A DNA stretch of 64,000 bases from Eledone cirrhosa (taxonomy: Eukaryota): positions 74,462,001 through 74,526,000 of the forward strand of contig OZ024742.1 in NCBI GenBank assembly GCA_964016885.1, read 5' to 3'. The notes under the pieces are model-generated. The model searched no databases and was not told the DNA's origin. It was given only the letters and a program-made list of their open reading frames with translations. The translations under genes were made by a program, and so were the position numbers. Positions 35,770 through 48,200 of the stretch are shown here, one piece after another (positions within the stretch are counted from its first letter, which is position 1; every line of letters begins with the position of its first letter).

Positions 35770-37131
35770 TCGGAGGGACATTTGTGGAGAAAGCCCATTA
35801 AAAGGCCACAGTGACCCTGACCATCAGGGCAAGTGCCCTCTCCCAGTTTTCCACCTTTAATTTACAGACACATACTCAGAGTAGGCCCATTCACTCTGGC
35901 CATTCTTGCTTCTCTCACCCATCTTTCAACAAAATGCTGGGAAGAGACCACTTCCCTCTCTACCCTGATTTTCCTTTTCAAATGAAATTTGAAAAAGTTA
36001 ATCAGGGCATCACCGAAGAGGTAAGTGCTCGTCTTCAGCCCTTTCAAACGTGTCCACCATACTATCTCTTTCGCCATGGCCACCAGACAGATATAAACTG
36101 CCTGCCCTTCCCGGCTAAAGGAAGAGGGTGGAGCAATCCTCACGATGGACTCAGCTGATAGCCGGATCCGTCCTACACGCAACAGCAGGTGTTCGACATA
36201 AACCCACAAGTCAGCAATTCTCGGACACCTGACGAGTGCGTGCAGGACGGTTTCGTCGCCTGCGCGCATCTCGGACATGCCCGGCTGACGGCACCTCCAT
36301 GCCTGTAGAGTTTATCCCGAACTGGCAAGTCTCCTCGGTAGCACTGCCAGGCCAGCGATTTCTGGAAGTTGTCCACAGGCCCCGGCCCGAAAGTTCTTCC
36401 GAAGAGATTGGCTAGTTGATTTTCGTCGAGGCCTAGAGTTTCCCCAAGTACGTCGTTGCTCTTCCCCTCCACTAATCCTCTATAGAACACCGAGGTGGAG
36501 TTTCCACCGTTCACATTGCCCGATTGGTCGAGGGCTGTGAGCGCCTGAAGACATTCCAGTCTCCAAGCGCTCCCTCTCGGTCTTCGCTTGACCCAGGACT
36601 GCAGCTCCGTCAAGGAAACGCGCTGGAGAAAGACGCGTCTAGCAAACGGCGACCACACCTGATCACCGTCGAGGAAGAGGTGGAGATGTCGTAGCCTGAG
36701 CGCGTGTCTGCACATCATCAACCACGGCATTCCCAGTCCTCCACGTAGCGGGTGTTGACAACAGATGGCCGCCTGACCATCGGAGCGCGTCCCTTCCACA
36801 AAAGGCGAAAGAGCAAACGCTCCAGCGCAGTCAGGCTGGGATTAGGACAAGGTACGACGGTCAGGCGGTAGTAGATGACGGACGCGATGTACGCGTTAGC
36901 CACCTCCGCTCGACCTTTCAGGGATAGCTTCCTCTCCGCCCATTTCTGGGTGAGAGAAGCCACCCTGCTCGTCACCTCGTCCCAGTTTTTGTCCGTCTGG
37001 AGGTCCGGACCGAACCAGACCCCTAGCAATTTAACAGGTCCGTCCGTCCAGCGCCCGACGACGCTGTTGGACGGCATGGACCTCCCTCTCCAGGTGCCGA
37101 GCTGCAGGCCCACTGACTTTTCCTGGTTGAT
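35770..37131 (-). mobile_element. Tx1 ORF2 3' fragment, close relative of 50938-56804
   Basis: Near-identical to 51090-52451; its 5'-truncated end abuts (AAT)n. Confidence 0.9.
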
Positions 37132-37168
37132 AATAATGATCCTGGTTGATAATAATAATAATAATAAT

Positions 37169-37344
37169 GGTTTCTACTTTAGGCACAAGGCCAGCAATTA
37201 CCCTGTGCATTACTGGTACTTTATTTTATCGACCTCGTAAGGATGAAAGGCAAAGTCAACCTCGGCGGGATTTGAACTCAGATCGTAAAGGGACGTAACT
37301 ATGCTGGAAAGCATGGCGTCCGACACTCTACCGATACTGCCAAA
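37169..37344 (-). mobile_element. tRNA-derived SINE with (ATT)n tail
   Basis: B-box gagttcaaatccc on the minus strand; 3' end ggccttgtgcctaaagtagaaac followed by ATT repeats. Confidence 0.85.
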
Positions 37345-40300
37345 CGTAAAGGAAAAAAAAACAAACAAAAAAACTAAGTCAGACATTCAAACATTACAAT
37401 GAAACTTATGTTTAGCTTTTTAAGTTTTTATCTATTTATTTGTTTATTTATTTATGTTCGTCTACAGCGTGATAGTGCCACGCTAAAATCACCGGGGGTG
37501 ATCAAATCACTGGAGGTGATGAAGTCACCGGTGGTTATGTAACCATACATTTACCAATCCTCGATATGACTGTTTAAATGTCGAACCTAAACAGTTCGAA
37601 TAACGGTGAAGAGGAGACTGGAACGTTATGTGACAGACTCTCACCCAGCAGGTGCTCCCTGGCCCAGCAGCAGGGACGTGGATGTCATCCGAATACTGCT
37701 GGTGTTGGAGGAAGAAGAAGAAGGAAAGGGACCAGAACCAACTGGACGAAAGAATTGAATAGAACTGTTATGCAATGTTACCTGAAGAGTAACCCCAAGG
37801 AAAAAGGCTATAGGAAACGGATGCATAACATCTGGAACGAGATTGGTATATTTAAATTAGATGAACAAAAATTGGCCGGGCAGGCTCGGGTAATAAGAAC
37901 TAATGGATGGATAAGCGAGCTGGAACTGGAGGAACTGAGCAGAGAGATTAGGTTGGAAATGGAGAGTGGAGTATGCCAGGCAAACGAGCCAGTGGGAAAT
38001 GAAGGTGAAGAGGTTGAGAGAACGGAGGAAGCATCCGAAGTAGACAATGATCTGAATGCTTAAATAAATAATACCTGGAACAAAGAGACGGCCATTGAGG
38101 AAATGAATGCTGACGGGCTAGGACAAGATTTGGTTGATATCCTAAACTTAGTGGTAGATGAAATGAACATTGATATAGGGAAACCTATGAACCTAAGATT
38201 TGTAGACAGGAAAAAGTTAAAAGAAACAACAGCTAAGGTAAACAAAGTCATCCCATACCTTGAGGCGAGGGACCTTCACCAGTGCAACAATATCCTCAAA
38301 GCAACAGCAAATGCGGTGAGGAAATTACTTGGCATAAAAGCGAGAGGAAACAACAAACAAGAAATATCAGAACCTTGGTGGAAGAAACGATAGAATGGTC
38401 GAATCAGGGAAATGAGAAATGACATTGGAAAGCTTGAGTCCCTACTGAATGAAACACTACAAAACATAGACACTAAAAATAGACTGGAAATAGAGTACAA
38501 AACTAGGAGGAAAAAGCTAAATATTATCATAGAGGAACTGAAGCAAAGAGTGCAAAGATTAGGCAATATGAGAGCAGAGTCAGTCAGTATAGCCAGAACC
38601 GCATGTTTGACAACAACTAGAAGATGTTGTTTGGACAGCTTGAAGGGAAAGAAAGAGGCAACGACATGATCCCTGAGGCGGAACAGTATAAGACATTCTG
38701 GAGAGGAATATGGGAGCAGGATGTTAAACATAATGATCAGGTAGTGTGGATTGAGACAGTACAAAAGGAGATTAGTGAACAGGCACACCAACAAACTGAT
38801 TTGAGTATCACAGTTTAAACTTTTAAGGGGCAGACCAAAAAACTAACCAACTGGAAATCATCAGGCCCAGATGGTGTGCAGGGGTATTGGATTAAAAATA
38901 TAACATCCCTCCACCCGAAACTGACAACCATGTTCAATGACTGCTTGATGTCAGGTGAGGTACCAGAGTGGTTGACAAAAGGTACCACAGTTCTGGTAAT
39001 GAAAGACCAAATCAAGGGTAATGATGTTACCAACTATAGACCTATCACATGTCCGTCCGTAATGTGGAAACTGTTAACAAGCATTGGTCTGAGGAAATAT
39101 ATCATCACCTCCACATAAACAACTTGTTACCGGACGAACAGAAAGGATGCCGAAAGAAGTCAAGTGGTACAAAGGACCAGTTACTTATTGATAAGATGGT
39201 AATGAGGAATTGCAAGAGGAGACACACTGGTCTTGCCATGGGATGGATAGACTATAAAAAGGCATTCGACATGGTACCTCATTCTTGGATAACCAAAAGC
39301 TTAGAGATCTTCAAGGTGGCAGATAACATCAGACAGTTGTTGAGCAAAAGTATGAAGTCCTGGAAAACAGAGTTAACATCGGGTGGAGAATCCTTGGGAG
39401 GCGTGAAGATCAAGAGAGGTATCTTCCAGGGAGATAGTTTGTTCCCTCTGTTGTTTGTCCTTGCCCTGATACCCCTGACCATTATACTGCGAAAAGTGAG
39501 AGCAGGATTCAAGTTGGGAAAAAGAGAGCTTACCATCAATCACCTGCTCTTCATGGACGATGTTAAGATGAGAAGGAGTTGGATGTGCTTGTTGAAACTG
39601 TCCGTATTTTCAGCAATGATATATGTATGCAATTTGGTATTAGTAAGTGTGGAGTCCTAGTGATGAAGAGGGGTAAATTGAGTAGAAGCAAAGGAATCCA
39701 GGTACCAATAAGTGAGATGATAAAGGAAATTGACACTGAAGAAGGATACAAATATTTAAGTGTTCTGGAGGCAGATGACATCAAGAACAAAAAAATGAAG
39801 GAATTGATAAGATCTGAGTACATTCGGAGAGTAGGGAGCGTATTAAAATCACAGCTGAACAGTAGGAATTCTATAAGTGCAGTAAATTCCCGAGCTGTGT
39901 CTATTATTAGGTACAGTGCGGGAATTCTGAGATGGAATGTTGCTGAACAAAAAGAAATGGATAGGAAGACTAGGAAGCTATTGACTATCTACATGTTCCA
40001 CAAGAGGAGTGTTGTCGATAGACTCTACTTAAGGAGATCTGAAGGTGGAAGAGGTCTTATCAGCATAGAGGACTGTGTTCAGATGGAGGAAAACAACCTA
40101 CACAAATACGTGACTGATAGTAGGGAGCCAATGCTCAGAATTGTACTGAAGGAGAGGACAATAGACCAGGGGATGTCCAAGGAGGAAATAACAACAAGGA
40201 GGAAGAGCAACCTTCACAGTACATTCTTTGAGAAAACTGAATTTAGAGATCCACAGACATGGAACTGGTTGAAAAGAGGAGACCTTAAAAAGGCTACAGA

Positions 40301-41030
40301 AGGAATGCTAATGGCTGCGCAAGAGCAGGCCCTCAAAACGAAGTGGGTAAAACACCATATTTACAAGGAGGAGGCTAGCCCACTGTGTAGGGTCTGTGGA
40401 GAGAGAGAGGTGACTGGGGCTCACATTGTATCCGAGTGTAAACACCTGGCCCAGACTCACTATAAAGGCCGGAGACATGATGTGATGGGCAGGGTGATCC
40501 ACTGGCACCTATGCAAAGTGAACAATTTACCACATTCTGAGAAGTGTTATGAGCATTAGCCAGAGTCGGTGATAGAAAACGATTAGGTGAAGGTGCTGTG
40601 GGATTTTAGGATACAGACTGACAAGAAACTGGAACACAATAGACCTGACCTGGTGGTTTTGGACAAGAAAAAAAAGATCGTGCCTGATTGTAGATGTAGC
40701 CTACATTCGACACGAGAGTGCAAGAGAAGGAGAGGGAGAAAATTAACCGATACCAGGACTTAAAGTGGGAGTTAAAAAGGATTTGGAACTGCCATGAAGT
40801 CAAAGTGGTCCCGATTGTCATAGGCGCACTAGGTACTATCTCAAAGAGTTTCCAAGAATGGTTAAAGAAAATTAGTGCAGCCCCGCTTTTTGGAACACTT
40901 CAAAAGGCATGCTTGCTGGGAACAGCAAGAACCCTTCGATACGTCCTGAATATCTGAGGCTGCAGGTAGTGGCTTGATATTCATTTCAACAAACTTTCCA
41001 GTTAAATAACATCAATGACTGATACTCAAA
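37345..41030 (+). mobile_element. Degenerate R4/Dong RLE retrotransposon (older relative of the intact copies)
   Basis: Frameshifted homologue of 46274-49666 ([29 protein letters not shown]); ends in (AAT)n. Confidence 0.92.
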
Positions 41031-41053
41031 GAACAATAATAATAATAATAATT

Positions 41054-41236
41054 GTTTCTACTTTAGGCACAAGGCCAGCAATTATCCAGTGCATTACTGG
41101 TACTTTATTTTATCGATCCCGTAAGGATGAAAGGCAAAGTCAACCTCGGCGGGATTTGAACTCAGATCGTAAAGGGACGTAACTATGCTGGAAAGCATGG
41201 CGTCCGACCCTCTACGATACTGCCAATCCACCGCCC
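41054..41236 (-). mobile_element. tRNA-derived SINE with (ATT)n tail
   Basis: Near-identical to 37169-37344; (AAT)n on both sides. Confidence 0.88.
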
Positions 41237-41281
<45 letters not shown>

Positions 41282-41284
41282 TGA

Positions 41285-44200
41285 TTTCTTTATTGGCCAC
41301 AAGGGCTGACATCAAGAAAAACATTACAGACGGCACAGGACGGTACAGGTCGGTACGATGTGGGTTTTGTGCGTGTAAAGATTTTTATTATTTATATAAG
41401 AAAAATGGTGGTGGATTGGCAGTATCGGTAGAGGGTCGGACGCTATGCTTTGACGCATAGAGTTACGGCCCTTGCCATTCTGAGTTCAAATCCCGCCGAG
41501 GTTAACTTTGCCTTTCATCCTTACGGGGTTGATAAAATAAAGTACCAGCAATGCACTGGGTAATTGCTAGCCTTGTGCCAAAAGTAGAAACAATTATTTA
41601 TATAAGAAAAGAAAAAGAAAAAGACATAGAAACATATATATATATATATATATAAACAATAAAAATGAAAATTCAAACAATGAAAAATTCCCCAATAGGG
41701 GGAAACCTCCGAGGATTACTCGTGGCGAAAACCACACAAAAGACAACGGCCACCCTGACCACCAGGGCAAGCGCCCTCTCTCAATTTTTCCATTTCTCAA
41801 ACTACAGGCGTATATTCAGAGCGGTCCCGTTCACTCAGACCATTCTCGCTACATTCACCCACCTTTCAACAACTTGCTAGAAGGCAGCACTTGCCTCTCC
41901 ACCCTGATTTTCCTCTTCAAGTGAAACTTGAAAAAGTTAATCAGGGATTCGCCGAAGAGGAATGTGTCTGTCTTTAACCCTTTCAACCTTGTCCACCACA
42001 CAATCTCTTTCGCCATGGCCACCAGGCAGATGAAAACCGCCTGCCCTTCCTCCTCGAAGGAAGACGGCGAGACATCTGCACAATGGACTCAGTCGATAAG
42101 CGGATCAGTCCCACAGACGACAGCAACTGCTCGACATAGCTCCACAAGTCAGCAATGCTCGGGCACTGAACGAGTGAGTGCGTGCACGACGATTTCGTCG
42201 CTCTGCGCGCATCTCGCACAGTCTCGGCTGACGGCAGTTCGGTGCTTGTAGGGCTTATCTCGAACCGGCAACGCTCCCCGATAGCACTGCCAGGCAGGGA
42301 TTTTTGGAAGTTATCCATAGGCCCTGGGCTGAAAGTTCTCCGGAAGAGAGCAAACAGCTGATCTTCTTCGACGCCCAGGATCTCTACAAGAACGTCGTCG
42401 CTCTTCCCTTCCACTAGTCCTCTATAGAACGCCGAGGTGGATGTTCCACCGATACTGGTGCCCAGCTGGCAGAGAGCGGTGAGCGCCTGGAGACATTCCA
42501 GTTTCCAAGTGCTATCCCTCGGTCTTTTCCTGACCCAAGACTGCAGCTCAGTCAAGGAGACGAGCTGTGGGAAAACGTCCCTGGCGAAGGGCGACCACAC
42601 CTGTTCACCGTCAAGGAAGCGCCAGAGATATCGCAGGCTCAGCGCATGTTTGCGCATCATCAACCATGGCATGCCCAGTCCTCCACGCAACGGGTGTTGA
42701 CAGCAGATGGATCGTCTGACCATGGGAGCGCGTCCCTGCCACAAAAAGCGGAAGAGGAGGCGCTCCATTTTGGTGAGAGTTGGGTCACGCGGTAGCAGAT
42801 GACGGACGCTATGTACGCATTCGCCACCTCCGCCCGGACTTTCAGGGACAGCTTCCTCTCGGCCGATTTCTGTGTGATGGAGGCCACCCTGCTCATCACC
42901 TCGCTCCAGTTTTTCTCCATCTGGAGGTCCGGTCCGAACCAGACACCGAGCAATTTAACCGGTCCGTCCGTCCAACGCCCCACGACGCTGTCGGACGGCA
43001 TGGACTTGCCTCTCCAGGTGCTGAGCTGCAAGCCCACCGCCTTTTGTTGGTTAACTTTGCTCCTGTCACCGCTTCGTATTCCTTGAGAGCGGTGTCGAGC
43101 ATCTGGACGTATTTGGTGCTCGAGACCACCACAGTGACGTCATCGGTGTAAGCCGACTCGGATTTCCCGCATCCTAATTCGCGTGGGACGCCCCTCATCG
43201 ACCCCAGTTTGAGAGCCAATACACACAAGAGTGACGAGAGGGGACAACCGTGGCGGACCGAGCGCATGATGCTGAACGGTTACGACAGGTGACCGTTCAC
43301 CCTCACAACTGAGCAGATGTCGCTGTACATCGCAGCGATCCAACCCCTGAAAATGGGCCCGAAACCGGCTGTCTCGAGGACCGCCGCCAGGTATCGATGG
43401 TCGACCCTATCGAATGCTTTGGATTGATCCAAGTTGATCAGGGCCCCACCCGTGCCAGGTTCCTTAACCACCCTCTCTACGATGTATCGCATGAGGTGGA
43501 GGTTGTCGTGTATGGATCTGTCCGGAATGGCGCATGTCTGCGCCTCTTCCACCAGACCCTCGACGACAAGCGCCAACCTCGGTGCTAACACCTTGGCCAA
43601 AATCTTGAACTCTGCGTTTAGCAGGATTATGGGCCTGAAATGATCGATAACATCTCCGTTGTTCGGGTCTTTTCTCAGCAGCGCCACCGCTCCCCGTCTC
43701 ACAAAACTGGGAATGCTCCCGTCCTGCTGCCAGTTGGAGTAGACGTCTGCCAAGAGTTCACCAAACAAGTCTGGCATAAATGCATAAAGCTCGAAGGGCA
43801 GACCATCCAAACCTGGCGATTTACCCCTCGTGCAGTTAGCCATCGCTTCCCGTATTTCACCGGCTGTTATTGGCTTTTCGCAACACTGTGCTGCGGTTGT
43901 CGAGAGCTGAGGCAGTCCATCGAGGTATGCACTGAAGTCCATACCCCGATCCGGCCAGCCGCTGCTCCCAAACAGTTCAGCAAAGTGCTGCTGAAAAGCC
44001 TCACGTCTGCTCGGGTTCGAGCAACACGCGCCTGTTTTGGTCAGACAAAGACCGAATTGTGGACTTGTTGCCACGTCGCGCCTCTGCCACCCGGGCCCAT
44101 TGGACGGATTTTGTCCCCTCGTGTTCCAGAACACGCGCTCTAGCTCTGACAGCACAGCCTTCGTGTTTTGCGTTGAAGAATTGGTCGAGTGCCAATCTCG

Positions 44201-45148
44201 CCGCAAGATCGTCGGTTGCGACCTGTCCTAAACGCCTCTTCTAGCTTTCTGACTAGCTCTCCTTCTACTCTATTTTCCACTATCACTAGTCCTTTGCTAA
44301 ACCTAATCGACTCTACTTTAATTGCCCTTTTCAAGGCGAACAACCACTTGTTGTTGACGACCGCTCCCGTCAACGCCCGCTTAACTAATACGCTAATCCG
44401 ATCTCTGTAGGCTTTGCGAGCCGAGAAAGACGCGTTCAGCTTCCAGTGACCGGGTCCTTGTCTATGAAGTCTGTCTATGTCAATCTCACAGATCACATAT
44501 TTGTGGTCTGAGTAGTCGACTATTTTAAATTGTGGACTACTTATACTAGCCTTATCTAGTTCTCTGCAGAATACCCTATCGAGATACGATCTGGATGACC
44601 CGATGCGGTTTGTCCATGTCCACATTGGCACATTCGGGTAATCCAGTCGATACCTGTCAAACAGTTCAAAACGTCTGAGCAGGTTGGTGAGGCTCTTGCA
44701 CCCTCCTCCCCTATCCACTATCTCCACACAATCCCAGCGTGCATCCAAGATACCGTTCCAGTCGCCCACTAACACTAAAGAGCGAGACGTTCCAAGAAAG
44801 GTCTCTAGACGTCTGAAGAAATCTGGCCGTCCTAGCCTTCGCTGCTGGCCATGTCCAGCACCACCGACTTACCTTCTGGGTCCAGGAAGATGGCGAGATC
44901 CAAGCCTCTCCGAACCCCTCCCCCCGATCGTGGACGGCTGGGAGATGTGAATACATCGTAGCCGCCGAAGATCGGTGCGAAGGCTCGTACTTCGGAGATT
45001 CTTGTCTCGCTGATGGCCATCACATCTATGTTTAGTGACCTGAGGTCGTTGAGCAGGTGGCCCTGCTTCCAAGATGACCCAAGGTCACTGCATTTATACT
45101 GGCTATTCTAAGTACGGCCATGTAGGATGAGAAACGGGGTAAGTGAGA
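41285..45148 (-). mobile_element. Degenerate Tx1 LINE, ORF2 only (truncated ~27 nt above the ORF2 ATG), between (AAT)n tracts
   Basis: MAVLRIASIN, GDWN, SYLD, SDH, KSPGLDG, DQSKAFD, AYTDD. Confidence 0.9.
41405..41592 (+). mobile_element. tRNA-derived SINE inserted in the Tx1 3' UTR with an 18-bp TSD
   Basis: TSD attatttatataagaaaa at 41387-41404 and 41593-41610. Confidence 0.88.
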
Positions 45149-45200
<52 letters not shown>

Positions 45201-45203
45201 TAA

Positions 45204-48200
45204 GGGAAGAAGACGCACGAGGTGACGGAGGTCATGAAATCGCTCCCGTAAGTTTTGAATTTTTAACATATTTAAACCATTTGTGAAATAACAACTCTTA
45301 GCACAAATGCTACGTAAAGCACCCGGCTTGAGCCCCAAAAAATTCGGACCCAAAATATATTGTTATAAGGCTCAAATATTCAAATATTCAACTTTGTATT
45401 GTACACTGTATATCCCCCCCCCCAAAAAAAATGGCTATAAATGGAAGAAGAACCCCTCCCCTCCTCTCCTCTGGCTACACTATATAGGACAGCTAAACTC
45501 ACCAACACCAGAAACTAGATACACCACCCACCCCATCATCTGTGTACACTAAACACAACAGCCAGATAACGACACATTTTCACCTTCACCGCCACCGCTC
45601 ACTACGGCCATCATTGCCACCACTATCCCATCACCGCCGCCACCACCCCTTGACTCCGCTACAGCACCATCACTACAGTGATACGGTCACATCACCGCCA
45701 CCACTGCCTCGGTATCGACATCACCACCACCACTGTCTCAGTATCGCTAACGCCGCCAGTCTCCCACTTCCCTGCTGGCTGCTACTTCCACATTATAGAA
45801 TTCCTACTACTAACAAAGAGGAAGGCATCAAAATATATAGATAGACCCAAAAGAAAAAAGAAAAAACAAACAACAAAACCAAAGCAGCACAGCAACAACA
45901 GCAAAAAAACGAGAAAAACAAACAGAGAAAAACAAAAACAAAAAAAAAGAAACCCCAAAAACGTAAAGAAAATAAGAATGAAGAGAGAAGCAGGCGGACG
46001 GACAAAGAGGGGGGAAAAAGTAAAACTTAAAAAACTAAAACTAAGTCAGACATTCGAACACTACATTACAATGAAACTTATGCTTATTCATTTCTGGGGC
46101 CCTTTCTGCCTGTGTGTTTGTTTGTTTATGTGTGTTCGTATACAGCGTGGTGATAATGCCACACAAGGGCCAAGTGGGATGGCGGATCCACAGATGGCTA
46201 TGTAAACATACATTCGCCAATCCTCGATAAGAGTGTTTAAATATCGAACATAAACAGTTCGAATAACGGTGAAATGGAGACTAGAACGTCATGTGACAGA
46301 CTCTCACCCAACAGGTGCCCCCTGGCTCAGCAGCAGGAACCTGACTGTCAACCAAATACTGCTGATGTTGGAGGAAGGAGAAGAAGGAAAGGGGCCAGAA
46401 CCAACTGGACGAAAGAATTGAATAGAACTGTTATGCAATGCTACCTGAAAAGTAACCCCAAGGAGAGGGGCTACAGGAGACGGATGCATAACATCTGGAA
46501 CGAGATTGGTTTATTTAAATTAGATGAACAAAAATTGGCCGGGCAGGCTCGGGTAATAAGAACTAATGGGTGGATAAGCGAGCTGGAACTGGAGGAACTG
46601 AGCAGAGAGAATGGCTTGGAGATGGCGGGTGTAGTATGCCAGACAAGCGAGCCGGTGGGAAATGAAGGTGAGGAGGTCCTGAGAACGGAGGAACCACCCG
46701 AAGCAGACAATGATCTGAGTACTGAGATAAATAATACCTGGAACAGAGATACGGCCACTGAGGAGATGAATGCTGACGGGCTAGGACAAGATTCGGTTGA
46801 CATCCTAAATTTAGTGGTAGATGAATTGAACAATGATAGTGGGAGACCTATGAACCTAAGATTTGTAGACAGGAAAAAGTTAAAAGAAACAACAGCTAAG
46901 GTAAACAAAGTCACCCCATACCTTGAGGCGAGGAGCCTTCACCAGTGCAACAATATCCTCAGAGCAACAGCAAATACGGTGAGGAAACTACTTGGTATAA
47001 AAGCGAGAGGAAACAACAGACAAGAAAGAGCAGAGCCGTGGTGGAAGAAGCGACTGAGTGGGCAAATCGGGGAAATGAGAAATGACATAGGAAAGCTTGA
47101 GTCACTACTGAATGGGACACTAAAAAACATAGGCACTAAAAATAGACTGGAAATAAAATACAAAACTAGGAGTAAAAAGCTAAATATTATCATAGAGGAA
47201 TTGAAGCAACGCATTGTAGCAAAGAGTGCAAAAATCAGGCGATACGAGAACAGAGTCAGTCAGTATAAACAGAACCGCATGTTCGACAACAACCAGAACA
47301 TGCTGTTTGGACAGCTTGAGGGCAAAGAAAGAGGCAACGACTTGATCCCTGGGGCGGAGCAAACTAAAACATTCTGGAGAGGAATATGGGAGCAGGATGT
47401 TAGACACAATGACCAGGCAGGGTGGATTGAGACAGTACAGAGGGAGATCGGTGAGCAGGCACAGCAACAGACTGATTTGAGTATCACAGTTGAAACTCTT
47501 AAGGGACAAGCCAAAAAACTAACCAACTGGAAATCACCAGGCCCAGATGGTGTGCAGGGGTATTGGATTAAACATCTAACATCCCTCCACCCGAAGCTGA
47601 CGGCCATGTTCAATGACTGCTTGGTGTCGGGTGAGGTGCCAGAGTGGTTGACAAAAGGTACCACAGTTCTGATAATGAAAGACCGAATCAAGGGTAATGA
47701 TGCTACCAACTATAGACCTATCACATGTCTGCCCGTAATGTGGAAACTGTTGACGAGCATTGTGTCTGAGGAAATCTACCATCACCTCCACACAAACAAC
47801 TTGTTACCGGACGAACAGAAAGGATGCCGAAAGAAGTCACGTGGTACAAAGGACCAGTTGCTTATTGATAAGATGGTAATGGGGAATTGCAGGAGGAGAC
47901 ACACTGATCTTGCCATGGGATGGATAGACTACAGAAAGGCATTTGACATGGTGCCTCATTCCTGGATCACCAAAAGCCTGGAGATCTTCAGGGTGGCGGA
48001 TAACATCAGACAGTTGCTAGGCAGGAGTATGGGGTCCTGCGAGACAGAGTTGACATCAACTGGAGTATCCTTGGGAAGCGTGAAGATCAAGAGAGGTATC
48101 TTCCAGGGAGATAGCCTGTCCCCTCTGTTGTTTGTCCTTGCCCTGATGCCCTTGACCATTATGCTGCGAAAAGTGAGAGCAGGATACAAGTTGGGAAGGG

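Noticed and set aside
37487-37540. Short palindromic repeats resembling CRISPR
   Set aside because: No spacers, no cas genes, eukaryotic TE context
41405-41500. tRNA gene
   Set aside because: A/B-box-like head of a multi-copy SINE without a full cloverleaf
45204-45300. Possible HDV-like ribozyme at the R4 5' end
   Set aside because: Only short local hairpins; no consistent P1/P2/P3 set
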